64,000 nucleotides of DNA from Eledone cirrhosa (Eukaryota). The position numbers and the translations under genes were made by a program. Under the pieces are notes generated by a model. The model did no database searches and had not been told where the DNA came from. It saw nothing but the letters and a program-made list of their open reading frames with translations. The DNA is taken from positions 328,972,001 through 329,036,000 of the forward strand of contig OZ024741.1 of the NCBI GenBank assembly GCA_964016885.1, read 5' to 3'. Position 1 is the stretch's first letter. Every line of letters starts with the position of its first letter. Below, one piece after another: positions 13,626 to 27,105 of the stretch.

Positions 13626-16600
13626 AGTTGCATTTATCTTGCTTTATGTTCATACAAGTTATCACCAAGTCACAACCAGTGACCTCAAGAGACAACAAGG
13701 TCCGCCATGTTCAAGAAAGAACATACATACTCACACATGCATCTTTAGTGTTTAGACTTGTGATGTACTTATATTGACAGAATCTTCCTTAGTATATGGG
13801 CAGTTCCCATTAGTACTATCTTTTGTATTTCTCCTATACGCGGGTTTCCTGGGATTTGCGATAAGTAATCATTAGACCCCTTAGGTATCATTCCCAGAGC
13901 GCCTACAACCACTGGTATTGTTTTAGTTCTCAATTTCCACATTTTTCCAATTTCTATCTCCAGGTCCTTATACTTGCTCAATTTTTCAAATGTTTTTATA
14001 GATACATTCTTGTCTATTGGAACAGACATATCAATTAGCAGGCATACCATCTTTTTAAAGTCCTTCAGTATTATATCAGATCTATTTGCATCTATTTTTC
14101 GGTCTGTTTGGATGCTAAAGTTCCACAAGATTGAGATGTGATCTTTTTAAAGTATGGGAGGTGGTTGATGCTCCCACCAATTCTTTTGATGGGGCAGGTC
14201 AAAATGCTTACACATTATCCAATGTATGTATTGTGCAGCTCTGTCATGCCTGTTTAGGTATTCGGTTGGAGCTATAGGACTGCACATTGAAAGTATATGG
14301 TCAATGGTCTCTGGTTGTTTTTTGCATACACGGCATAATGGGCTGCATCCATTTTTTATTATGTTGGCTTGGTAATTTTTTGTTGGCAGACACTGATCTT
14401 GTGCTGATATAATCAGTCCTTCAGTCTCCGATTTCAGTCCAGAGGATGCCAACCACTGATGGGTTAAAGTTTTGTCAACATCAGGATTGTTAGCTCGCTC
14501 TGGGTATTTTCCATACAGAGGCTTTTCTTGCCATTTCTTAGCCAGTTTCTGTAGCAGTTCTTTCTTTGCAGTTACTTTTACCTGCTTTGCTTTTTCTGTG
14601 TTTTCCACTTCAGCAGTAAATGGGACTTCTGAAATTTGTAGTCCATTACTGTATCTTTGTGCATCTTTTGTAATGGGATATGATCTTTTGATGCTTTCGT
14701 GTTTCAAAACGAGTTTGATCATCCAATCGTGTGATTCCCTTAGATATGTAGATAATCCATTTGTTGCAGTTTTCAACGCAATGTCTAACTGGATTAACCC
14801 ATGTCCTCCTTCTTTTCTAAGGAGATATATTCTATCTATATCTGCCTTAGGGTGATGCATTCTGTGCATGGTTAAGAATTTTCGAATTTTTGTATCGAGC
14901 CTACGGATCTCTGTGCTTAACCAGTTGATGACATTGTAACTGTAGGTTACTACTGGTATGGCAGGCGTGTTTATGACATCGATCCTATTCCTTGCATTCA
15001 ATTCTGTTCTTAAGATTGCTCTTACTCTGCGGTAACATTCCTTCCTTATCCTTTCCCTCATTGTCGAGTGCTTGATTCCCTCTCCTTCACAAACACCTAG
15101 ATATTTGTAAGTTTTTTCTTGATCAAGTTCTCTTATCAAGTTCTCCCGATCAAGATTAATGTCTGAACTCTTCAGCAGCTTTCCTCTGGTGAACGTTGCT
15201 TTGGTGCATTTATCTAGTCCAAACTCCATTTTAATGTCATCACTGAACTGCTCCACAGTGGATAATAGCCCTTGCAATTGTTCATCATTTTTTGCAAATA
15301 GTTTCAGGTAATCCATGTAGAACAAGTGATGAATGGTTTTGTCATAGACTTTATATCCATGTTTTGTTTCATTGAGCATTTTCCTTAATGGTATAAGTGC
15401 GATGCAGAATAAAAGCGGTGATAAAGAGTCACCCTGAAAAATTCCACAATTAACATTAACTTCTCCAGCTTCCAGTGATTTTGTTTCACTATTCAAAAGG
15501 AGTGTTGTTTTCCATGTCTTCATACTGAATGACAAAAACCTCCTGACAACGGGGGATATTTTGAAAATCTCTAAACATTTATCAATCCAACTGTGTGGCA
15601 AACTATCGAATGCTTTTTTATAATCTATCCAAGCAATCGATAGATGTTTGTGTCTATTATGACAATCTTCCAGTATCATTTTGTTAACCAGAAGCTGATC
15701 CTTACAGCCATATGAGCCTCGTTTACACCCTTTCTGCTCAATGGGAAATAGGTCATTTGTTATCAGGTGGTCATATGTGTATTCAGTTAGGACTGATGTT
15801 AAAATTTTATACATTGTGGTCAAGCAAGTTATCGGTCTGTAATTTTTGGGATTGTTTGTCTCATCATTCTTCGGAAGCAGGAATGTAATGCCGTTAACTA
15901 GCCATGATGATATCTTTTCTGACTCCTTAACTATTTCATTGTAAAGTTGGGCTAACAGCTCATGAGACTCTGTGAAGGCATTTATCCAAAAGTTTTGTAT
16001 TTTGTCTTTTCCTGGGGATTTCCATTTGCTGGTTTTTCTTAGAGCCAAGCGCAACTGTTCAACCGTTATATTTTCCCATGTTTGTTCCTCAAGATGAGCT
16101 GTATCTTTCATTTGTCTGTCTATCCATGGGGCATGTATGTTATGAACTTTTTCATCGGTCCAGATCTTTTCCCAGAATTCTTGCACTTCCTCCTTGGGTG
16201 GTGTGATTTAGCAGTTATTGTTGACTTACCAATTTTTCTGTAGAAGTTTCTTTGGTTGTTTTTGAACATATTATTGTCCTTATAGAATCTAGATCGTTTT
16301 TCAAAGCGCCTTATACGAGCAGCTTTGGCCGACACTTTTTGCTTGATTATTTCTATCAGCATGTCTATGTCACTTGTTGATTTTATACTGTACTTTTTTT
16401 TCAATTTTCTAAGTTTAGTTTGTTTAACATGTTCACCTACTTTGTAGTTTGTTAAAATTTCTATGTCAGATCGGAGAAGGTTTATTTGGCGATTGATGTT
16501 CTCTTGCCAAGTAGATTTCTTGTGGGAATTCCTTTGTTTTTTCATCTTCACTCCACATAAGTGAGTGGTGACTTTAGCCGATGCATAATAGAGATGATTT

Positions 16601-17590
16601 AAATCAGTAATGTTTAGTTTGTTTTGATGATAATGTTTTTGAGAATTATGTTAGTCTTGTGTATTATCTTTTGGTTCTGTTTGGAGTTCTGGATCTTAGG
16701 GAGGGTGTCTCGTTGCCCCATGTCAGATTCTTTCATTTTCATCCATTCGATCATAATTTCATCCTTCAAGTTGGCAAGTTCATTCTCATTCATTTCTTTA
16801 TCATTTACGATCTCATTATTTTCATTTGGAGTTTCATCTTGAGCATGCACTCCCTTCACTTTTTCGATCCTTTCTTTAATTTGTTCTGTTGCCAGTGATT
16901 CCTCCCCAACCCTGGGATTCGAAGTGTTACGATTTACCTCGTTTTCACTGACACATGTTTCATTATCCCTTCGCTGACTTTGTGCTAATAGCTTGATCTG
17001 ATCAATTTCTATATCAGTTAGTAACTTTTTTCTTACAATATTTCTACGTATATTGGCTAGTTTGTTACTGTCAATATAGCCTCTGTTTTCGGGATGTTTC
17101 TTTTTCCAGTTGATATATGTCTGTTCTGTATTCGATGTATTTGATGGGTAGTACATGGCAGTGTAGAAAGCCTCAAGGACTTCTTTATTATCTTCCCTTG
17201 ACCATTTTTCTCTCTTTTTCTTTGGATTTCTTGGTGGTGAGCATGGAGGGCCAACAGTAGGAGTATTCCGGTTATGGGAGGTTTCCAGCTCCGAAGTGAT
17301 GGGAAGGTTTGAACCATTAGCTGATTTTTCGACCCCTGTCTGGTTCCTCTCTGAGGGACGCGGCCCTTTTTTACCCGGGTGACGGCCGATCCGGTATGAG
17401 ATTTTATCATTAGACATTTACTTTATTTTGTCGCGTTTTATCCTTATCCGCCAAGGGGTAATCATTTCGTGTTACCACTTCTAGGACGAGTGTAAACCAA
17501 GACTAGAGGGGTCGTTCTCCCCTAGAGACACGGCTATTCCCCGCCGGCTGCCATCCCGGCATTTCTTGGTCACGGGGTTTTCTTCTTGTT
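13624..17590 (-). mobile_element. Non-LTR retrotransposon, R4/Dong-like (RT + zinc finger + restriction-like endonuclease), near full length
   Basis: Single ancestral ORF with KSPGKDKI, WIDYKKAFDS, GIFQGDSLSPLLF, LFYMDYLKL, CRVC..ETIDHI..C, RHD, NRSD..LIDMSVP and KLSKYKDL. The 3' end abuts (TAA)n. Confidence 0.93.
13769..17417 (-). pseudogene. Dong/R4 polyprotein broken into four ORF pieces (16614-17417, 16120-16551, 14147-16186, 13769-14128)
   Basis: Collinear ORFs separated by stops or frameshifts; catalytic YMDD is YMDY. Confidence 0.9.
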
Positions 17591-18435
17591 GTTTTTTTTA
17601 AATTGTTATTCTCATGAGTGGTTCCTTAATTTGAGCATTGCGTGGCTTAAGAATGAAATTATTAATAATTGTCTCCACTCCAGGCACAAGGCCAGCAATC
17701 ACCCAGTGCGTTACAATAATATAATATACTTTTTGCTGAAGTTGCCTGTTAATGTTGTTGGCTATGACGGTGGTGGTGATGGGGCTTTTTATATTGTTGG
17801 TGAGGAAGGGGTGAGCCAGCAGTGCCATAGTTGTTGATGTTGACGTTTGGCCGGTGGCCAGGTCACTAAGTCAATCTATTTATATCTTTTGCTAGCCTCT
17901 CCCTTGTCTAGTGATACCGCCACCTTCTCCTTTCTCTCTCAAGTTAACAGGGGAATAGTGGTGGTAGCAATGAAGGAGTGGTTGCAGCGGTGATGGGATA
18001 GTGGTAGCAATGATGGATGGAGTGGTGGCGGCGGTGGCGTTGTCGTTACTGAGTTTTGTGATATGTAGTATCTATGAGTTTGTCGCGTATGTTTAATATA
18101 TATTGTGTTGAAATATTCCGGTAAAATTGGAATTAAACATTTTGTTAAAACTTGAGACAATAATAATAGTAATTATTATTATGATGCTGGGATTGGTTGT
18201 GGTGGTGGTGAAATTGCCGTTATCTGGCTGTTATATTTAGTGTGATGGGGTAGGTGGTGTATCAAGTTCCTGGTGTTGGTGAAATTGCTGTTATTTGGCT
18301 GTTCTATATAGTGTAGATAGAGGGTGTTTTCTTCCATTTATAACCATTTTCTTTTTTGAATACAAAATATATCATACAAAATTGAATATTTGAGCGATAT
18401 AACAATATAATATGGATCCGAAATCATTATTATTA

Positions 18436-18493
<58 letters not shown>

Positions 18494-18772
18494 GAATATT
18501 GTGATTATACTTAATACTATTTTCAGTATTGTCTTCTATATACTCAATATATATATAAATAAATGCCATTGTAAATTAATAGATAAATTAACTAATATTT
18601 TAACACTTCAAACAAAGTAAAATATTTTGTTTTATACATTTTCTAACCCAGAAAAAAGAGAGAGAAATGAAAGGAAAAAAATATATTTTTCTTCCTAATA
18701 ATCATCTTTTTCTCCCTATTTTCATATATATATATATATATTCCAGCTCGTGTGCTCCTTCTCCTCATTTTA

Positions 18773-18830
<58 letters not shown>

Positions 18831-18833
<3 letters not shown>

Positions 18834-19025
18834 CGAAGGAATTGTGGTAAGGATCCAGATGGACCATAACGCACCAGAGTACTCAATACTTAGGGTAGTA
18901 GAGTGGATAATAGGAAAAGATATGACTCCGACGGCTGAGCTCAAGCCGTTTCGACGGCTATTTCTGAGTCCAGAAATAGCCGTCGAAACGGCTTGAGCTC
19001 TGCCGTCGGGGTCATACCTTTTCCT
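18831..19025. repeat. R1 family copy with internal fold-back
   Basis: Matches 1-345 and 44650-44790; gctgagctcaagccgtttcgacggctatttctg is mirrored by cagaaatagccgtcgaaacggcttgagctc. Confidence 0.8.
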
Positions 19026-19822
19026 CTATATATATGTATATATTATGCGTTCATGCAGATTGTATATAAAACTCAGAGTCCCATCATGCGGTTAGAGGAT
19101 CAGTCATGTTGGTCAACTTACTACGATGCCATAGCGACAAATGGATCAATAGATCACACAGCTGGCACGAACTGGCATCTCACCTATCTTTACTGTGGTA
19201 CTCCTTCATACAACTGCAACGGTATGGAAGATGAAAATGGCTAAACACATAAATAAACACACAAATAAATAAACAAACAAACAAAGAAGGAAAGAAATAA
19301 AGAAGGAAGGAAAAAAGAAAGAAAGGAGGAAAAAAGAATGAAAGAAAGAAGGAAATAAATAAATAAATAAATAAAGAAAGAAAGAAAGATAGAAAGAAAG
19401 AAAGAAAGAAAGAAAGAAATAAAGAAAGAAAGAAAGAAAGACACTCTACAATTACGCAGTGGTTGCTAACCAAATGTAATGAAATGAAATGTTTAATCAA
19501 CATCTCTACCTTTGGACAAGAATCCTTAACAGCAAATCAAACTGCTCCTCACACATGCACACGCCCACATACTCACACACTATTATACATGTGCACATGC
19601 ACACACACTCATACACACACATTCACACAAACATTCAAACGGAAACCCCTAAAGTAAGTCCAATTTAATTATATTGAATAACCAAGCTCAAAGGAGAATA
19701 GCAAGTCAGGTGCTCACACATTCATATACATATATTCATACATACATACAAACATACTTAAATACATACATATATACATACATACTTAAATACATACAAA
19801 CATACATACATACATACATACA

Positions 19823-19855
<33 letters not shown>

Positions 19856-19949
19856 TCATACATACAAACATACTTACATACAAACATACATACATACGTA
19901 CATACATATATACATACATACATAAATACATACATACATTTGTGTGTGC

Positions 19950-20041
<92 letters not shown>

Positions 20042-20180
20042 CTGTTTATACAAGGCATCATTGAAATCATTCAAAACTTACCCACTTCAGGTTACTTTTT
20101 CAAAAGTAACGCTGACACCTACAAAACTGGAAAAAAATGTAATATTATCAAACCAACTTTCAAAAGTGAGCAAGTAGTAA

Positions 20181-20214
<34 letters not shown>

Positions 20215-20284
20215 GTTGTTGTTGTTGTTGTTGTTGTTGCTGTTGCTGTTGCTGTTGCTGTTGTTGCTGTTGTTGTTATAGCTG

Positions 20285-21345
20285 TAAAGATAGATTATTA
20301 ATCAACAAAACCATAATAGAAAACTGCAGAAAAGTATAAGGACAATCTTAGCATGGCATAGATTGATTACCAGAAGGCGTTTGACAGTGTTCGCCACACT
20401 AGCCATGAATAAAGTAATGACAACAATAAAGATATTCATTAAACATGACATGTGTAAATGGCAAACAGTTCAGTAGATACAAACAAAAGATGGATACATA
20501 AAAACTGAGCGCTTCTCAATTAAAGGGGGAATATTTTCTGGGGACTCATTCTCCCCACTACTCATCTGTCGAGCATTTACTCCATTATGTGATACACTAA
20601 ACATGACACAACATGATTATAAATGCTACGGCAAGAAATATAAATATCTCCTGTACATGGCAGGCGGCGACAATTTTAAACACTGCTTCATACAGTTCAT
20701 AGATTTAAAAAGGAATTAAACATGAAATTAATTTACAAAAGAAGTAAACAAGACATCCCCCCCCCCCCAAAGGGGAAAAACTAGTGAAAAACTTCTGTAT
20801 TATGCTAGATAAAGCAACTGAGACAAGAAAATTAGATCAAATGTAGACATACAAGTGTTTTGGAAATATTGAACTAGATGGGTTTCAACGCTTTCAGATA
20901 AAAATATTAGAAAGGAATATAAACGGATTACGACTTAACACAAAGATAAATGCAAAGAATAAGGTAATAGTCACCAATATTCTAGTGATACCAGTAGTTA
21001 GCGTGTATCAACATCCTGAACAGTGCAATAAAAGAACTAGAAGGATTTGACAGAAAAACAAGATAATAGAGAAATTATCCAAATATAAAGATCTGAAGAT
21101 AGAAATAACCCGAATGTGGATGATGAAAACAGAAACAATACCTATAATAAAATAATTGTTCTGTAAATGATAAAGAAACAAAGAGAGAGACACATTTACA
21201 AATATTTACACCATTCAGAAAATAGCTTTATACGAAGCGTACTTTCAATACACTACAAGTAACAATACAAAAAACAACACTGAACATACCGAAGGTACGC
21301 AGAGCTATGCTCGGTAACGCTTTACCACGCAATAAAATTAGTAAT
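20285..21345 (+). mobile_element. Highly decayed, internally deleted Dong/R4-like fragment
   Basis: LLINKTIIENCRK, MA*IDYQKAFDSV, GDSFSPLL, LLYM and IEKLSKYKDLKIEITRMW; ends at an (AAT)n tract. Confidence 0.8.
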
Positions 21346-21351
21346 AATAAT

Positions 21352-22075
21352 AATTGTTTCTACGTTTGGCACAAGGCCAGCAATTAACCAGTGCATTACT
21401 GGTACTTTATTTTATCGACCATGTAAGGATGAATTGCAAAGTTAACCTCGGCGGGATTTGAACTCAGAATGGCAAAATAGTAATAATAATAATGGCTTCT
21501 GATTTAGACAGGAGACCAGCAATTTTGAAGGAGGGAGAAGTCGATTAAATCGACGCCAGTGCATCATTGGTCAGATCTTTCGGCGTCTTTCCCACTCAAA
21601 TATCTTATATCTTGTCAGCTTAACTAAAGATTCAACACAACTGGTGAAGACTGTTCCCATGAATTAAATGTTTGTGGGGCTAAAGTATAGAAAGCCAGCA
21701 ATTTTATGGGAGGGGAAAGTCGATAAAATCAACTCTTGTGCATTACTGGTGCTTTATTTCATCGACCCCATAGGGATAAAACGCAAAGATAACCTCGGTG
21801 GAATTTGAACTCAGATTGTAAAGGTGTGTAACTTTATGCTGGAAAGCATGTTGTCCAACGCTTTTCCGATACTCCCAATCTACAATAATAATAATATTTC
21901 TTCTTTTGGCACAAGGCCAGCAATTACCCAGTGCATTCCTGGTGCTTTATTTTATCGACCCCGTAAGGATGAAAGGACAAGTTAACCTCGGTGGGATTTG
22001 GACTCAGAACGTAAAAGGCCATAACTCTATGCTGCAGAGCATGGTGTCTTACGCTCTACCGATACTGTCAAACCA
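21352..22075 (-). mobile_element. Cluster of ~4 SINE S1 copies (minus strand)
   Basis: S1 motifs at ~21352-21475, 21495-21570, 21685-21885 and 21895-22075. Confidence 0.8.
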
Positions 22076-22395
22076 ATTATAGTAACACAAAATTCAAAAA
22101 TAGACATTAAAAAAATACGCCATGAATAATAAGGTCTTTATTTTTCTCGCGGAGTAATATAAATGACCTTGCTTGTCATGCTGGAAAATAATTATAAAGT
22201 GCAATTCAGAATCTTGTTGCATATTAACTGAAGCATGAGTTAATATGTTGCCGAGGGACGTAATCGACATCATCATATCTACAAAATTATGATTTTCAAA
22301 TATTATAAATATCAAGCAAAATGCAAAACAGGTTTTATTTTTTTCAAATCCACTATTGAGAATTGTTATTTTTGTTGTTATTCTTTAGCCCCAGA

Positions 22396-22850
22396 AGGCG
22401 GTGGATTGGCAGCATCTGTAGAGCATCGGACAACAAACTTTGCGACATAGAGTTAAGACCCTTTACGTTGTAATTTCAAATCCTCTCGAGGTTAGTTTTG
22501 CATTTCATCCTTAGAGGTCGATAGAAAATGTAGCAGTAACGCACTCAGGTAGATTTAATCGTCTTTCCCCTCTCACAAAATGTGTTGGCTTTGTGTCTAA
22601 ATTGGAAACAATTATTATTGTTTAGCAGCATGGCGGTGGATTGGCAGTAACAGTAGAGCGTCGGATACTATGTTTTCCAGTATGTAGTTAGAGCCCTTTA
22701 CGTTTTGGTTTCAAATCCCACCGAGGTTAACTTTGCTTTTCATCCTTACGTCGGTCGATAAAATAAAGCACCAGAAACGCACTGGGGTCGGTTTAATCGA
22801 CCTTCTCCCCCAAAATTGTTTGTGTTGTGCCTAAATCAATAACCATTAAT
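22396..22850 (+). mobile_element. Two tandem full-length SINE S1-related copies
   Basis: Both start ggcggtggattggcag and carry ttcaaatcc and ttcatcctta..gtcgata. Confidence 0.8.
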
Positions 22851-22999
22851 GTTTAGTCTTAGACTAAACCTAATCAAGTGAATTTATAATCAAAGACCAC
22901 TCAGCCGTTACTACCCCATTTTCTTCTATTTGTTTATTTGCTTGTTTGTGATATATAGGTACATGCATGGCTGTATGGTTACAGCATATAACACACATG

Positions 23000-23058
<59 letters not shown>

Positions 23059-23236
23059 CATGCATAATCAATTCATTGTTTTACGATCGTTTTTAGAATG
23101 TTGACTGATTATGATGTATCGATAGTGAGTAATCAATAGTAGCTGTGTAGCTTCATATTATTACTCTCGATACTATAGATCATCACACCGGCAGAAACAA
23201 TTACACGCACACACACACACATATATACACACACAT

Positions 23237-23268
<32 letters not shown>

Positions 23269-23280
23269 TTATATATATAT

Positions 23281-23969
23281 ATCTAATGATTCTATGGACT
23301 TACTTTTTATATATTGCTCTGATTATTAATTATTTAATTAATTCGTCATTGAGCCACATCGTGAATGGTTGCCAAAAACATATATATATATATATCTATG
23401 GCTTTGTCTAGTTTATATGTATATACCCTTTACATTTTATATACTCCCATAAGGTTGAGTAAAACTTTAGGCAGTATTCGGCTGCGCCTTCTAGCAACCA
23501 GCCTACTCGCCGACAGGCACCAATCACAAACTCTCTGCCTTGACCACTAGCCACGTGATGATTCTTAGGTATTTTGAATTCGTTTGTGGCGGGGATCATC
23601 TAAGAAAAATCTCAAGTTATCTCCTAATGATTTCCAACGTCGTTGATTTATCCAGGATCAGGTATATCCAAAAATGGAATGAAATCGCCGGGGGTAGATG
23701 TATTTTGATGATTTTGGTAACTTTTATTTTGTCCCTAATTATGTATGGTTAACTATATGTATAGTCAATTTCTATGGGCTATCAGAAATGCTAGGTAAAT
23801 TTTCTGTAGTTATGAGTCGCGGCTAAAAAGGTATATCATTTATCTATTGTTTCTTCATAAGTATATTTTAAACTTATAGCCTCGTTTAGATGATTTTTTG
23901 TGCGGTTGATTTATGCTGATTGGGGAAAGAAATACTGTATACATATTATCTAATGATTCTATGGACTTA
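23281..23969 (+). mobile_element. Diverged monomer of the ~670-bp HHR repeat with 22-bp terminal redundancy
   Basis: Collinear similarity to the 42.8-44.5 kb unit; atctaatgattctatggactta at 23281 and 23948; HHR remnant at ~23618-23700 (CTAATGA-tttcca..tggaat-GAAA). Confidence 0.75.
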
Positions 23970-24027
23970 ATTTACACACACACACACACACACAGAGAGA
24001 CACACACACACACACAGAGACACACAA

Positions 24028-24069
<42 letters not shown>

Positions 24070-24071
24070 GC

Positions 24072-24340
24072 CTGGAGGCACGTGGTAACGGTGTTGGACT
24101 TACGATCATAATGTCGTGGCTTCCATTCCTGGTGTTGTGTTCTTGAGCAAAACATCATTTCACGTTGCTCCAGTATACTCAGCTGAAAATGAGTACCGGA
24201 AATAGCTGGGGGTTTAACCCTGCGATGGACTGTCATCCAGTGCAGGGGGAAAGGGTCTTGTGCGCTAAGTCACTTCAGGGTATGACACCGTGATAAGCAC
24301 TGACCAAATGACCTTTCTTGCTTAAGACAGACTTTAGACT
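24072..24340 (+). mobile_element. tRNA-derived SINE (second family)
   Basis: tRNA-like head, then tgtgttcttgagcaaaacat and aaccctgcgatggactgtcatccagtgcagggg, typical of conserved SINE central domains. Confidence 0.7.
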
Positions 24341-24342
24341 AA

Positions 24343-24432
<90 letters not shown>

Positions 24433-24623
24433 AGAAATAGAAGTATTCGTTGAAAATTGGCTAATCTGCGTTCTGGTAAAGTGGACATCAGTTGCACAAA
24501 AAAAGTGAAAGAGGCGGCTTACCGTTTAATTTTACACACCGAGGTCGTTGGAATTTTGTAACATATCGTGTAATAAATGTTTCTTAGAATTTCAACAAAT
24601 CCTGCCTAGTTTTCCCTAGTACT

Positions 24624-24755
<132 letters not shown>

Positions 24756-24759
24756 TATA

Positions 24760-25065
24760 TAGTAGGAATATTTTCGAAACAGCGGGCGTGTTTGAAATTG
24801 TAAATATAAGTTATCGCCGTATTTTGACTAAAGAAATTAAAGAAATTATTTAGCCTGATAGTGGGGTTAAGAACCGTCAGAGAAATGGAAAAAGATGAGT
24901 ATTGACGTACATGTGCGTCAATACTCATCTTTTTCCCTTTCTCCGAGGGTTCTTAACCCCACTATCAGGCTAAATAATTTCTTTAATTTCTTCAGTCAAA
25001 ATACGGCGATAACTTACATTTCTCATAATTTCAAACCCACTCGCTGTTTCGAAAATATTCTTACA
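24760..25065. repeat. ~150-bp-arm fold-back between (TA)n tracts
   Basis: Centre gagtattgacgtacatgtgcgtcaatactc; ORFs 24626- and 24895+ are mirror images. Confidence 0.9.
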
Positions 25066-25088
25066 TATTATATATGTGACTGAAAGAG

Positions 25089-25216
<128 letters not shown>

Positions 25217-25289
25217 CTCTTTCAGTCACGAAAGACCGTGTTATTTGCAGCAAGAAGGTTCCTTCCCATCAGAGGTGATATTTGTTGGC

Positions 25290-25540
25290 TAGGGGGCCTG
25301 CAGTCGTCTATACTTACCAGTCTCCCCAATCCAAGCCAAAGATATGGTTCAAGGGAAAGGCAAAGGTTGATTGAGCTTGTCACCAGTAACGTCGCAACTT
25401 ATTTCTAAAGCTCAATAAACAGGAGCAACGTTAAATAAAGTGTCTTCATCATGAAGACATTGCATTACCCGGTCCAGGAATCGAATTCACAACCTCATGA
25501 CTGTGAATCCGACGCTCTAATCATTAAATCCCGCACCTTC
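25290..25540 (-). mobile_element. SINE family S2 copy (others at ~26410-26715 and ~50510-50800)
   Basis: Shared ggaaaggcaaagg, aataaagtgtctt and ccaggaatcgaa motifs; tRNA-like B box on the minus strand. Confidence 0.7.
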
Positions 25541-25795
25541 ACACGTACACACACACACACCCACACACACACACACCCACACAAACACACATACACCCCC
25601 ACACACACACCCATACACACAATCACACATACACACACACACACACGCACACATATATATATATATATATGCGTGTGTGTGTGTATGTATATATATACGT
25701 ATATTTGTGTATATATATATATGTATGTATATATATATATATATAATATAAAAGTGAAAACACAGGTAAGCATTAAGAGAATGACTTTATCCAGG

Positions 25796-25894
25796 TATTT
25801 ACCGTTTCATTGGTAAGTGCACCCTTATATTGCTATACTGCAAATAGCAGCCACTCAATTATAATTGTTGTTCACAGTCCAAATTTTCAAAATA
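25796..25894 (-). ncRNA. HHR-like motif, U3-A8 core variant (family A), stem III shortened
   Basis: tatt-TTGAAAA-tttgg..ccaat-GAAA-cgg-TA-aata. Confidence 0.5.
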
Positions 25895-25985
25895 GTGGAG
25901 TTACCCCTAACCGTACGTTGAAACCATCCATGAAACTGGCTTTCTTAACCAAGAACTGGATCACAATAAGCAATTGTTTGCTTCT

Positions 25986-26039
<54 letters not shown>

Positions 26040-26997
26040 GGGCTGCTTTTACAGGAGTGATTGTAGAGCTGTGAAATCTCGCGTGCATTTCATTCCCCGC
26101 TTCATATTCATAACTACATTGTTCCTTTCAGGTGACTATATTGAAAAATAAACCTCATTTGGTCATCCCATGTGAATATCTATGTCAACCTGTAAATCTT
26201 TCAGCATATGACCTTTGCAGCCGACCCTCTTATAAGCATCCTGGATTATGTTTCAGTTTATGACTGTATGTCTCCCTTCACCTAGTGATATAACGAAAAC
26301 GAAATCAATAAATAAGTTCGATAGGATGGGCTAAATGAATGTGGTGCCCCAGCATGACCGCCATCTGATAACTGAACCCATTCAAATTATAAAACCTAAA
26401 AGTTTAAAGACTATGCACTCACAAATACCGATGGGATTTTCACATAGAACCTTCCTCTCTGAAGCTCAAATTAGGGCAAGGTTGTTTGTGGAAGACCAGC
26501 AATAATTCCTTCATAGTAGTCTCCCCTCGCCACGCTACCGATGTTCTCCAAACGCGGATAGAGCTTGGTACTAGTGATGTCACAACTCATTTCTACAAGT
26601 GAGCAAACTGAAGAACATGAAATGATGTCTTGCTCAAGGATACAACGCATCATCCGATCTAAGAATCGAACTCACAACCTCCCGATTTCAAATCCAATGC
26701 TCTAATTACTAAACCTTTACAAAAGAGTACCTCATACTATATTATACAATATGTCGGTGGATGTTTAATTTTTTTTTTGAAATTATTTTAGTGGTCTTTT
26801 CTTTCAAAGATGGTGGTTTGATTTGAATGAGATTTGATTTATGTGTCTAGCATGGAATAACGAGGACCTTGTAGAAGTTTCCTCGTTAACTTAAACCAGC
26901 CACAAATATATGGCCCTACACATGGATTAAATTGCATTACAAAATTGCATCCAGCATTGTTACACAATGATAAATGTGTCCAATCACTCGTTAAAAG

Positions 26998-27105
<108 letters not shown>

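Noticed and set aside
17590-18570. Continuation of the interrupted PLE upstream of the Dong element
   Set aside because: Only low-complexity sequence and a weak ENGY-like match; not enough evidence.
22396-22500. tRNA genes at SINE heads
   Set aside because: A/B-box-like motifs belong to SINEs; no full cloverleaf.
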